A stretch of 64,000 bases of DNA. Source: Dimorphilus gyrociliatus. Taxonomy: Eukaryota > Animalia > Annelida. The position numbers and the translations under genes are program-made. Positions 29,908 to 41,172 of the stretch are shown here, piece after piece (the first letter of the stretch is position 1; each line of letters begins with the position of its first letter). The stretch is taken from positions 558,001 through 622,000 of the forward strand of contig CAJFCJ010000011.1 of NCBI GenBank assembly GCA_904063045.1. Reading direction: 5' to 3'. The notes under the pieces are model-generated. The model was not told where the DNA came from. It did not search any database and was given only the letters and a program-made list of their open reading frames with translations.

Positions 29908-30664
29908 TTATCTGATTACTTGCTTAGTAACATCAACATACGTGGCTCCATCTGGTATTTTACAGTCATATTCCAGGAAATTGGCTAAGTCACCCCATTT
30001 ACAATGCGTCTTTTCCTCTTCTTTATATAGTTTGCACTGTAGTGTTGTCTTCAATTCAACAATGACGCCCGAGACTTTCAGCTGTAGAATAATAATAAAA
30101 AAATTGTAATATGCCTTCAGACGACTAATTAGTACTCTAATCAATATAGAGAAAAGTTTTATAAGGAATTCACGGCCCACAGTGCAAATCAATATCTATT
30201 TTCCTTGGGAAATGTGTGTCTCATGAGAAATAAGTGTAAAGAAAATTTACAATAATATTTAATATACTAACCCTTATTATAATGATGATCTGCTGTCTAT
30301 TTCCTTTTTTATTGGGTGAGAAACTGGTGCTTGTCCATTCACATGTATATAGGCTTTCTCCAGCCTTTCCGCTCTTCCCTTCGTTGAGAGAAATGCTACT
30401 TCCTTGTATAGCTAGATCTCTATTGTGAAGGACGAGAAGACATTAAACGACCAAGTGATTTTGTAATAGAAATGAATAGAAAAAAACAAACGCTTACAAT
30501 ACTTCAATTTCCTGTGTTAAACGTAATTCCAACAGATAAGGTGTATCGACGTTCAGTTTTAAGGTTTTTTCACTGTCAAATCGACCTCCATCTATTTTAA
30601 AACGAACTGGTTCATTGTCATCCTTCCTCTTCAACCCCAACTGCAATTTAAAGGTGGTCGCCAT
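29908..30664 (-). CDS. CNRIP1: CB1 cannabinoid receptor-interacting protein 1 orthologue, 3 exons
   Basis: MATTFKLQLGLKRKDDNEPVRFKIDGGRFDSEKTLKL; YTCEWTSTSFSPNKKGNRQQI; LQCKLYKEEEKTHCKWGDLANFLEYDCK. These match the recalled CRIP1a pattern (PVF.KVDG.RF...RT.KL; HC.WG..F..IEY.C). Confidence 0.88.
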
Positions 30665-30758
30665 AAGTAACGACAGCCAGCAGCTAAGGCTAATTTTTCC
30701 AAATATCGATCCCCCCACTAGCTACTGTAGGAAACGATGAAACCGCCTACTGATTTCA

Positions 30759-30769
30759 CCGCCATCTTG
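30759..30769 (-). promoter_or_regulatory. YY1 consensus in the CNRIP1 / isonitrile synthase bidirectional promoter
   Basis: CCGCCATCTTG is CAAGATGGCGG on the minus strand, inside the 185-bp gap between the two ATGs. Confidence 0.55.
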
Positions 30770-30849
30770 TGGAAGCTTGAATAGACCTAATCATTTAAAT
30801 GTCACACTTTCATTGTCACAGTTTCTTATACCAGTTTTATTAGTCAGGT

Positions 30850-32471
30850 ATGACAGCTTCAGCGTTGCAATTGTTGAAAACGAATGAAATATTCTCGAAG
30901 GAGATTGAACCATTAGTAAACTCTAGTAATTTTCTTATTTATATGTTTATTAATTCTACCTAATTGTAGAAAATATTACACGAGAAAACCGCAGTTTTAT
31001 GCACCGATACAATCAAGAGACGATTATTTGACACAGAAGCATCGGTGAAAAATCTATTTCAATGTGCTGAGAGAGTTCTAGGAAGTAATTGGGAAGAGGA
31101 ATTTCGAAGTAACAACTCGCTTAGATGATTATTGATCATTAAATAAAAAAAATGAAGCTATTTTTTTTTATAAAGAATGGCAGTCCGGAATAGAGACAGA
31201 CGAGGAGAAAATAACAATTCTTGAAGCATTAAAGAGTATAATTCGGTATACGATAATTTTTTATGCTAATGGGGGCAATTTTTATCTATCCAATCATCAT
31301 TCAATGTTTCCAATTTCTTTCAACGATAAAGTCAATAAACTAACTTCTCTTATCAATGCTGGTATTCCTTCTTATATCCCGTCCGTTTGGTTATCAATTG
31401 TTCAGCATGTTATGAGCTGTTTCGAAAAGATTCGCCTCCGTCCCCAAAATGATAAATGGCTAATTTCTGGCAATTCAGAGAAATTTCGTCGAAAAGTTCT
31501 TGGGTATGTGGTAGGTGGTGCTCCAATTCCATTCGTTCTACCCGCTTTCCCAATGAAGAGTAAGAATAGGATAAAGAAGACAATTGGTCCCCTCCCCGAT
31601 ATGGCAGAATGGATTTCTTTGAAGCATTTGGCAAATTTTTGTAGGGAAATCCGTAAAATTTATGCACCTGGAGTAAAGATACTTATTTTTGGAGATGGAC
31701 GATTATATGGTAAAATATTAAAGTATGATGATAGCGAAATAACCGAATATGAAAGAGTTTTCAAGGATATGCTATCGAGATTACCTGAAGAAATTCACGA
31801 TCAACTCCTTTATGCCGGTATCGATGACTACTTTGAACGAGACATGGGATATGATAAAATTCGATCATACGTATACTCTCTTTATGATGTTACAATGGAA
31901 GAAGTTGATAATGCAATTAGGGTACATACTGCATTTTAGTATGTATTATATTTGTCTATACTAATCAGCACTTCAACATACTTTTAGACTAATGAAAATA
32001 TAAATAACGTCTACAAGGGATTTGCACGCTATCTCGACGAGGACCTTGAAGGTGATATACCAAAGGATATTTCTAGAACAAAGCGCAAACAAATAACAAA
32101 GGATTTTGCAAGAAAATTGTTGAGAGGTAATATGGTTTATAGTTTGGTGATAAAGGATATTTTTCCTCATCACCTTCGTCTTTCCATACATCCTCATAAC
32201 AATGAGGATAAGGTTGGGGTTTCCCTGTTGGAGAATCAAAGATTTTCTGCTGGAACACCTGTAAGTTGATTACTTTTACGTTTCATTTCAATATAACAAA
32301 AAAACATTATGTTTTCTTCAGTGGCATCGGGTAGCCGCCAAGAAAAAAGATGGACATTGGTATTTCATGAGACGAATTGATGCTGAGGCAATGAATTATA
32401 AATTAAAAGGGCAGTTTAACGGCGAAGGAACAGCCAACAGAGAAAATTGGCCTCATTATGTTGAAGAGTAA
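30850..32471 (+). CDS. Isonitrile (isocyanide) synthase, PvcA/Dit1/IsnA family (DIT1_PvcA domain), 6 exons, about 425 aa
   Basis: Exons 30850-30915, 30970-31108, 31176-31235, 31332-31921, 31988-32260 and 32322-32471 join in frame through five GT-AG introns (1278 nt in total). Family motifs occur in order: PIPFVLPAFPMKS (31538-31561 for LPAFPMKS), LPDMAE, IYAPG.KILIFGDGRLY, HLRLSIHPH (RLSIHPH 32177-32197) and GTP|WH. Confidence 0.9.
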
Positions 32472-32652
32472 AAAGTTTAAAGTACAAAATTTACAAATGA
32501 ATCGAAATATATTTTGACTATTTAAAAATGGAAGAATAAATGATACTTTGAAAATATTTTGTCTTTGTTCTTATTGCATAATAATTTATTCAATTATTAA
32601 AATATTATATTTGTATTCAAAGTGGACGGAACGATTGAATGTGATAAACGAA

Positions 32653-35137
32653 TTATTTTTGTCTTACTGCCTTAATGAACATTGACTTCGTCTGTTCTAT
32701 GACTTGCTGATAGATTTTCAAATCTTCTTCTTTTGCTGATATAGATCTATCTAAAGCCATTTTCAGCATATCAATTTCATCACTTTTAAATAGAATATCA
32801 TTTTCTAAATCATCAATTTTTGTTGCTAATAAATCTGTTTCTGTTTCCTCGAGTTTTCTTCCTTCGCTTTTTAGTCTACCAACCTGTTTCTCAAGGATAG
32901 CAGTCTTTTTTCTTTCTGACTTTAAGTGTTGTTCACTTTGTAGTCTCTTTTCTTCACTATCTTGAACCCTTTTTTGCATAACTCCTATAAGTTCGACTAA
33001 TTTGTCACGTTCAACTTGAGCTGTTTGACTAGGGCGAAAAAACACAATCAAATAATTTAACTTCAAAAAAACTTATTAAATAATCTGTTACCTTAGTACT
33101 TTGTAGTGTTCTATGTCTGCCCTCGGCGTTTCGGCTAATCGCGAAGACGATCTTGAAGATAATCTTGAGCTATTTCTTCTGGCAGAACCCATTTCTTCAG
33201 AATCGATCGTTACGACCGCGATATTATGTTCAATTCTGCATTGTGACAATCTAGAGGTCTTTTGAGTAAAGTGAGTTTTGGATTGAGAAGTTTTTCTTTT
33301 CAAACTATCAAACTCGTTCTCAAGCTCTATTAAATGATCATCGCGTTCACGAATAGTATTTTCCAACTGTTTTATTCTATTAAGATATTGTTCCGATTGC
33401 ACTTTCAAATCAGACATATTTTTATTAAATTTTTCGCTAGAGTCAGATTTATTCTTAGTGGCAGACACCAAACCTTTCTGTAACTGTTCTATTTGTTTCT
33501 AAAATATTAAGAAAGTATCAATTATAGAATACGAATGACTATGTATCATTCAAAGGTTTATTACCATCAATGCTTGTATTAGCTCATTATCGTGGTTATT
33601 CTTAGTTAGTAACGTTTGAGTTTGATTTTTCAGCGATTTAATTTCGTTGGAAAGAACTTTGTTTCTGAAGATATATTTAAATTAGTTCTTCAAAATCGAA
33701 ATAAACATTTGTCTATTCTGTTACCTGGCCTTTGATGCGTCTAATTTTCCTTTAAGATCATCTCTTTCCTTCTCTAATTCTGAAATTGTTTCTCCCATCT
33801 TTTGTAAGTTTTCTTTTCTATCTTTTTCCAATTTCCTAATTTGATCTTTATGTTGGATATCCAAGGTGGCTGTCCGTCGACCAGACACAGCACTTCCAGT
33901 ACCAAAATCCATTTCGGAGCCTTCTAACTGTGATTTTAATTCACTTACTTTTTGCTGTAAACTTAAAATTTGTTGAGATCTTCCTCTCCAAGTACTATCC
34001 GACTTTAACACAGCTTGAACGCTGGTGTTTTCACCGATTTCGTTAGAAAGTGCTTTTTGAGCCAGTTTTAGTTCCTGTTTTAAACTTGAATTTTGATTCC
34101 GATATTCAGCCATTTTCAGTTCGCTCTGTCTCAATTTTTCAGAGGTTGCTTTTAATTCTAGTTGTAATTTCTCTTCATCCAAGATTTCTCTAGGTTTTTC
34201 TGATCCTCCATTCTGTAGCTGTTAATATTTTATAAGATAGAGGTAAAAATAAGAGGATTGACGATATTACTTACTTGATTGCTCAACTCGTAGATTCTAC
34301 GTGTGGACAGTCGATTCTTGTTCCTTTCACTTTCTAATTCGGCATTTAATTCTCGTACTTTTTTGGATAATTCTACGATCTTCGTTGACGCTGCATCAGA
34401 AGTTGATCCCGCTGAAAATCTGTTGCCGTAAAATAATATATTACATTTGAAAATTAATTTTAAAGAAGAACACACACGTTTCTAATAGAATCTTATCTTT
34501 CTCCCATTTTTTCCTGAGTAATTTAGCTTCTACTTCCTTCTCTTTAACAAGTTGGAGTAAACGACCATTTTCATCTTCCAGGGATCTTATCCTATTCGTA
34601 TATTCCTCTTTAGCACTTTGAAATTCGTTTTTCAGTTGATCTTGCTGCATCGTATCCGCTCCCTAGTTTGAAAAATATATTTATTGTAAAATAAAATTCA
34701 CAATCTCTGTTTTGAGCATATTTTAAAGCGACCTCTCAATGTTTGAAATAAATACCACTTTACCCAATATTAAATATTTACTTAATTATTAATAACATGA
34801 ACCTTTGCGATATAAGTCAAAACGGTTGAAATGTAAATAGAAAATATAAAACTGGGATTGATCCACTGTCATATTAGATTGTTGATTAGATAATATAAGT
34901 GAGAAAATACTAGGAGAATAAGTCAAAGCTGAGTTTCATTTCAATTTCATAACCAGAAAGTTGAACTATACTCACCATTAATCCTAAATCATCACTTAGA
35001 GTAAGAGACTCTTCATTATCCCCATTCTGTTGTTTAGATTTCGCAGCTTGCTGTTGTTTAATTCGAACAAATTTCTTTTTTTGTTTTTCTTGGATCGCTT
35101 CAAATTGTAACCTTAGATCGTCTTGTGTCGAAGTCAT
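32653..35137 (-). CDS. CCDC13: Coiled-coil domain-containing protein 13 (centriolar satellite), multi-exon
   Basis: MTSTQDDLRLQFEAIQEKQ; KIVELSKKVRELNAELESER; YRNQNSSLKQELKLAQKAL..EIGE; WRGRSQQILSLQQKV; EEDLKIYQQVIEQTK.MF.KA. Confidence 0.85.
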
Positions 35138-35486
35138 CCTCACTATATATTTTTAAAAGTGAACGATAATCGAGGATATATCGGAGATTTATCTTTTTAC
35201 CTTAAAAAATGAAACCATCTGTAAAAAAGAACCCAATGTATTTATATTAAAGTTAGTTTAAAACATCTTATTGAAGTAAATTATTAAGATCAAATTGATA
35301 AGCTTCTTAATATCTTTAAAAATCGATGTAAACAAAATCTTCACTAACAGGCGCGCAGAGATTTTTAAGGAATGAGAAAAGCTAAATTCGCGGTTTTTCG
35401 AATGGTAAGTTTGTTAAAGTGTCAAATAAAGTTGTCACACTTATTTTAAAATTAATTCTATTAGTCAATAAATCTTCAGATTCAAT

Positions 35487-36388
35487 ATGCATTTCTCAAC
35501 TTTAGACTTCATTAATCTAAGCTTCCTATTACTAATTTATATCGGCCAAAACAACAAGTTGGACTAATTTAGGCTTCTTTTTTCCCAATATAGTGTATAC
35601 TAATACATTTCTAAAGTAAGATTAACGTACACAAACCCTGGGTTTTTTATCCGAGTTCTGATTATATTTTGTATTTGAAATATTTCGTAATTATATACGA
35701 GACATTCGACATAGATCAAACAAAATAGAGGCATAAATTAGTCTGTACGAGGCCGGAAGAGTAGAGAAACGTAATGTTAACGGATCTTCAACATCTTCAA
35801 AGAAATTATATTTCAAGGATGAGCTAATTGGGAAAGGATTAATTATAGCATCTTCGGCGACAGGGATACTTTTTGCAATGGTCTTTCCATGTTTATGCTG
35901 CATTTGTAGGCATATATCAGCTAAAATTGTAAATAGGTCTTTTTAATACGTGTCTATTATGAAATAGCAAAGATTACTTTTTAGAATGAGGAAATGGAAG
36001 AATTTCGTGAAATGAATCCTGATTTGGAAGATAAGAAGACAAGAAGTTTCTTCAAGTTCCCAATAAAAGGTAAAGAAGACTCAATTATTAATTTATGTTG
36101 AGAAACTATTTTTAAGGCTTGAGAGAAAGAACTGGAGGAAGAAGAAGGGAAAATCGCCTGAAAGATACAGCGAAAATAACAGTGGAGCTTAAAAAAGAAA
36201 TTCCGCCTGGATATGAGCTGGCTTGGGTAAGAACAAGTACGGGTATACGATATCTTGAACTTGTTCCTTCCGAAAAGATACCTATAAGAAAAAAAATAGG
36301 AGAAGCAAGAAGTCGTTCTCGTAACTACATTGACGATTCTGCAATTCGAAACAGAAAATTAACCGGAGACAACGAAGCTTCAGTATAA
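35487..36388 (+). CDS. Orphan single-pass membrane protein with juxtamembrane Cys cluster, about 4 exons
   Basis: Hand model: hydrophobic N-terminus MHFSTLDFINLSFLLLIYIG | ...LIGKGLIIASSATGILFAMVFPCLCCICRHISAKI | NEEMEEFREMNPDL...PIK | GLRERTGG...EASV*. Junction phases are compatible; no homology recognised. Confidence 0.55.
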
Positions 36389-36561
36389 ACTGTAAAGCGC
36401 CCATAGAATTTAGCATAATTTGTATTTAAAGTAACTTTGGATTCAATATAGAAGATAAGATTCAATATGATTATATATGATCTCTCTTCTCAGTCAATAG
36501 GCTCAAACAAGTGATAAATCTTACAATTTGTCATTCTTAAGTGAAATTAAAAAACAAAACT

Positions 36562-36634
36562 TGGTTCCGCCGAGGATCGAACTCGGGACCTCTCGCGTGT
36601 GAAGCGAGCGTGATAACCACTACACTACAGAACC
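36562..36634 (-). tRNA. tRNA-Val(CAC)
   Basis: GGTTCTGTAGTGTAGTGGTTATCACGCTCGCTTCACACGCGAGAGGTCCCGAGTTCGATCCTCGGCGGAACCA: 73 nt, full cloverleaf, GTTCGA T-loop, downstream T-run terminator. Confidence 0.97.
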
Positions 36635-36718
36635 CATGAGATTTGCTTTGTCAGTCTGACAGTTAGAGTCCACCGGATTAAGTTTCGTCAAAAAACGGTC
36701 AAGTAAAAAAAAAAATTA

Positions 36719-36791
36719 TGATTCCGCCGAGGATCGAACTCGGGACCTCTCGCGTGTTAGGCGAGCGTGATAACCGCTACACTACGGAATC
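36719..36791 (-). tRNA. tRNA-Val(AAC)
   Basis: GATTCCGTAGTGTAGCGGTTATCACGCTCGCCTAACACGCGAGAGGTCCCGAGTTCGATCCTCGGCGGAATCA: 73 nt cloverleaf, followed by a T11 Pol III terminator (A-run at 36705-36715). Confidence 0.97.
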
Positions 36792-38554
36792 GCTGAATAA
36801 TAAGCGATTAATTGAGGCATCTGAGTTACCAAAAAAAACTGAAGCAATGATATAAAAGAATTAGAAGTGCGCAACAAATACAATTTGAATTAATTATGTA
36901 GATATAGGCATATTCAACCACTATAAATAGTATATTTACAAATTACAATTACGACTTAAGTTATTTTGTAACTTTATTACTGTATCAAAAACTGTGTTTA
37001 TTCAAAAATAGTACAGTATATTCTTGAAAGTCAGTTTAATATGAGAATCTCATCAGCCGTTCAAAATACTAAAATTTGTAGAAAATACATTTTGGAAATC
37101 TGCTGAAAATTTTCCAACTTCTTTCTCTTCTTTCCGCTTTGTTTGTCAGTTCTTACATTTCACCAACTATCTCTTGTTTTGTATGTTTCTGTAAAATTAT
37201 TCAAAACTTAATTAATTGTATTTGACTGCAGCATTACGCTACCGTTTTTCGATATTAGTTTTTGCTATCAATATGTCACATTTTTCTGATTTAGCTTGTC
37301 ATGTTTTCTTTCCTGCAGACGGTTACAAAGAATTAAATCAAACTGATTAGCAGATTTCAAATATTCAATAAAAATTTAGCGATATATAATTATATAGAAT
37401 ACAGAAGCCTAAGCTAATGAGGAGTTTGAGGGCATCTTTTTCTCTTCGAAATACTTCAAACTTTCAGACCACAAGCGGCGAATTCAAGCAGTTGCTGAGG
37501 AAAAGACTGTTTAAGAAGAGTAAACATTCTTAAAACAGTCTCAGATTTCGATCTATTCGACTAAAATTTATATAAAAATTCCAACGAATTAGAATAGCAA
37601 ATTGAAAGTCAAACGACATTAACTTAATTTAAACATTACTTAAAATCGACGTGTTCAAGTTCCGTTTGTAAAAAAATTACACTCTGCTATGAGATAGACT
37701 GATCTTAAATTCCAAGTAAGCTGGTTGATGAAAAGCCATTTCAGAGCTCACTGCTTAGAAGCGATCACCAGACCATCAAGAAACCAAAGCTAAGATACTC
37801 TATGTAATTGGTATCTGTAGTGCCATCTCAAATGGGTTTTGATATGAGAATGCTAATTTAAAATTAACTACTAATTCAAGTAAGGTATTTTATCATACTA
37901 CAAAATTAATAAATTCATATCAAGTTAATTTAATTGATGACACGACGAAATACAATAAATTTGCATATATTACCCCTGAAATAGGATTATGTTTAGAAAT
38001 CACTCATCTGAGGCGAAAAAAAGATAACTTTACCAAAGACGAGAATGTGCCAACCACCTGTTGTCTTGGGAACTCCACAAACCATTAAAGAGAACTTTCC
38101 AGGAATAAAAAATATTACGCAAAAATTCAACGATCTCGAAAAAAAATTTGCTTTCGAGTAAAATGACCAAATTCAACAATTTCACTTACTTGCTCATTCA
38201 ATATAACATAATCAGAAGATCAAAGAAGTGTCAAATTATTATCATTTCATCTTGGCTGTTCAAAATGTCTATTGACAATGACAATTTTCTTTAGCAAAAC
38301 AATTGAAAAATAAAATCACTGTTAACACCGTGTATTTCCTCTCAAGTATCTCAACACAACACAATAGTTCTTGAGACTTTCTCCAATTTCAAAATACAAT
38401 TACGGTATTGTAAAAACACAAAGTCAATAAACAAACATATAATCTAATTTTAATTGTGTCCAAAAATCCCTTTTTCAATTAATTAACGAGCGCAGATTTA
38501 CTAACTATTATGAAAAAGAGACATACCGAGCATTTCTCTCTTCTCGTTCTCTCG

Positions 38555-40726
38555 CTACGGCATTCGATCATATCTAACTTCAATTCTTCGTCCATCGACA
38601 TTGGCCCCATCGAATTTTTCTGTTATAAAAAAGAAAAAACAATTCGATTACATATAATAAGCTCCATATATAGTTCATGATTTCGGCACCTATTGCTCTT
38701 CTTGCGGATTCATAGGAATGAAATCGCACAATTCCACACCCCTTAGACTTTCCGTTATCAGTTTTAATTTCAGCAAACCGAACTTCACCACATGACCTGA
38801 ACTTTTCTTTTAGATCTTGCCATGTGTACTTGAATGGTAAATTTCTAACAAACACTGAATTTGAGTCTCTTCTTTCTCTATCACGTTCTCGAGACGAGGA
38901 TGACATATACATATTGTCTCGATAATCTTCTCGAAACGATCCAACTTCAAATAAAGAATTCGTCCCTTTAAAGCTTGAGCTTCTACTTAATCCAGAAAAG
39001 AAGTTTGAGGACGCACCACTACTTAAACTATTCAATAAAGTTGAGCTATTGCTATTTATAGAATCAAAATTCATTCCACTCCCTATATAAGGTACAAAGA
39101 TTTTAATCCGGATTTAAAATTCATTTATAAACAATAACCTGAAAAACCCAAAGAGCCACTATTCAATCCAACGGATGAACTTAAACCACCTAAACTACTA
39201 AGTAATGAATTTGTGCCGCTATTGCCATTTCCACTTCCACTTCCACCTACGCTACTACTCCCGACTCCTGCTCCAACGTTATTCAAGCTTAATGGATTGC
39301 CAATACCTCTAAGACCAGCCGGTAATTTTCTTGGAAGGTCTCCAGGAACTGATCCCGAACTAGCTAATTTGTCCATCTTTACGTTCATTGCACGTTCGTA
39401 CAACATTTGTCTATTAAACATGGATATAGCTTGACAAGCTTCTAATGCGGTTTCAAATTGAACAGTTGCCATCCCTCGACTTTTTCCTTCTTTATCTTCC
39501 AGCAATTCCACAGCCGTTATTCGACCTGCCAGTCTGAAAACCTCATGCAATTTTTTTTGAGTGACTTTATAATCAAGGTTTGCTATGAACACCTAAAATG
39601 ATCACAAAATTTTAGTTAAAAACTATCTCATTTACCAGATTAGTAGCATCACATACCTGATTGGTAACTGATCCTTCTATTCCCAATTGTTGAAGAATTT
39701 GTGGAGTAACACCCTGAGTATTGACATTGTTGTTGATTGGTGCATTGTCAACCATTAAAGGAGGAGGTTGGTGTCTAATATTATCAGGTCTTTGACACAT
39801 TTCTTTATTCCTCTGTAGTCTGCGTCGATCCTTTTCAGTTTCTTCTCTAACAATAATCTTTCTTCCCCGTAACTCGTACCTGTGTGAACATAAAAGCTGA
39901 AATACTTAATAAACATTGACAATTTAACTCTATTAGAATGAATTTATATCTGCCTTTCCATAAATGGTAAACGTACCCAAAGGGATTTAATTGAAAATTA
40001 ATTTGTATTAAATGTTATGTGAAGTTACGTTTTATCGTAATTTAATTAATAATTCACATAATATATAGATAATAATTGATAGAAGTATTTACATTGAAAA
40101 TAAATATTATACATATATGTTGTATAAAGTCTCACCTGTCCATCTTCTCTAGGGCTTTCTGGGCGAGTTTTTCGTCTTTGAACTCTATTAAACCTGATCC
40201 CAATGGCTTTCCATCTGGTGCATCTGGTAGCTCTACGTAAGTTACTTCGCCAATCTCTTTTCGAAACAAGTCTTTGACTGCTTGCCAACGCAGTTCATAG
40301 GGAATATTAGATATAAATAATCGCCTAGTTTTGCATATTCTATCAGAATTAGATTTTCTCCTCCTCTCCCTTGATCTTGAACGTGAATTTGAATCCTCCC
40401 TAAAATTATCAACAACAGTTTTTACACTTTAAAAAAATTCTCTTTCAAGAGCTGCATCAGATATGTCTATCACTGACAGCTTCTATGACAGACCCAAGCT
40501 AAATAAAAATATACCTTCGATTTAGCGGCGATCTTGAGCGGTCTCTCTTCTGATCAGAGTCACCTTCTCTGCATTGATAAACTTGTTAATAGCCTAAGAA
40601 AAGCCTTTTCTAATTTAAATTTCCTTACCTTAAGGGAGAGAAATTTGCATCATCAGCATTTGCAAACTCATCATCGTTTGGATCATATATATCATCAGAA
40701 GATTTTTGATCAGTTTCAGCGGCCAT
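38555..40726 (-). CDS. MYEF2: hnRNP M / myelin expression factor 2 family, three RRMs, multi-exon
   Basis: ATG 40726 (MAAETDQK). RRM1 RLFISNIPYELRWQAVKDLFRKEIGEVTYVE; RRM2 VFIANLDYKV..KKLHEVFRLAG..DKEGKSRGMATVQF; RRM3 SVFVRNLPFKYTWQDLKEKF..CG.V.FAEIK..NGKSKGCG.VRF; end GRRIEVRYDRMP*. Co-orthologue of MYEF2 and HNRNPM. Confidence 0.9.
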
Positions 40727-41172
40727 TTTAAAAATAGAAATGTTGTCACAAGCAGTAATGGTTTCCATAAGAACAATGTCTCACCCTTTTGCAATCGTTG
40801 ACTTTTTTTGCAGTTCAAAGAATTATCTTACAGTTAAATTTAAATCCAAAAAAAATATTAATATTTCTCAAATTAAGGCTTAACTCTATAAAATATATTT
40901 TATGTAGAATTAATTGAAAAACCGCATAATAAAAAATTTAGAACTTAAATATAATTAAACTTTCAAAAGTGGTGTAGCAAATAAATAAAAATCATTTACC
41001 TATTTTTGAAAAAAGATTTTTAGAAATTTAAATACTTTCTCAACAGAATGTTGACCTTCTATATACAATACAATCTCTTCAACCTACCAGTTTTTATTAT
41101 TTATGTGTGTTTTTCACACAACCACGTTTTCTTGTTTTCGCTCAATAGTACGGTAGAGTGCTTTAACGCATA

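Noticed and set aside
30850-32471. Bacterial or fungal contaminant as the explanation for the isonitrile synthase
   Set aside because: It has host-type short introns and AT-rich codons, and is tightly interleaved with CNRIP1 and CCDC13, with no other microbial genes in the window. Read-level confirmation is still needed.
36850-38500. AT-rich gap between the tRNAs and MYEF2 with short coding-looking frames (about 38030-38160)
   Set aside because: No frame exceeds about 50 codons with compatible splice sites, and no snoRNA box pairing or transposon hallmark was found.
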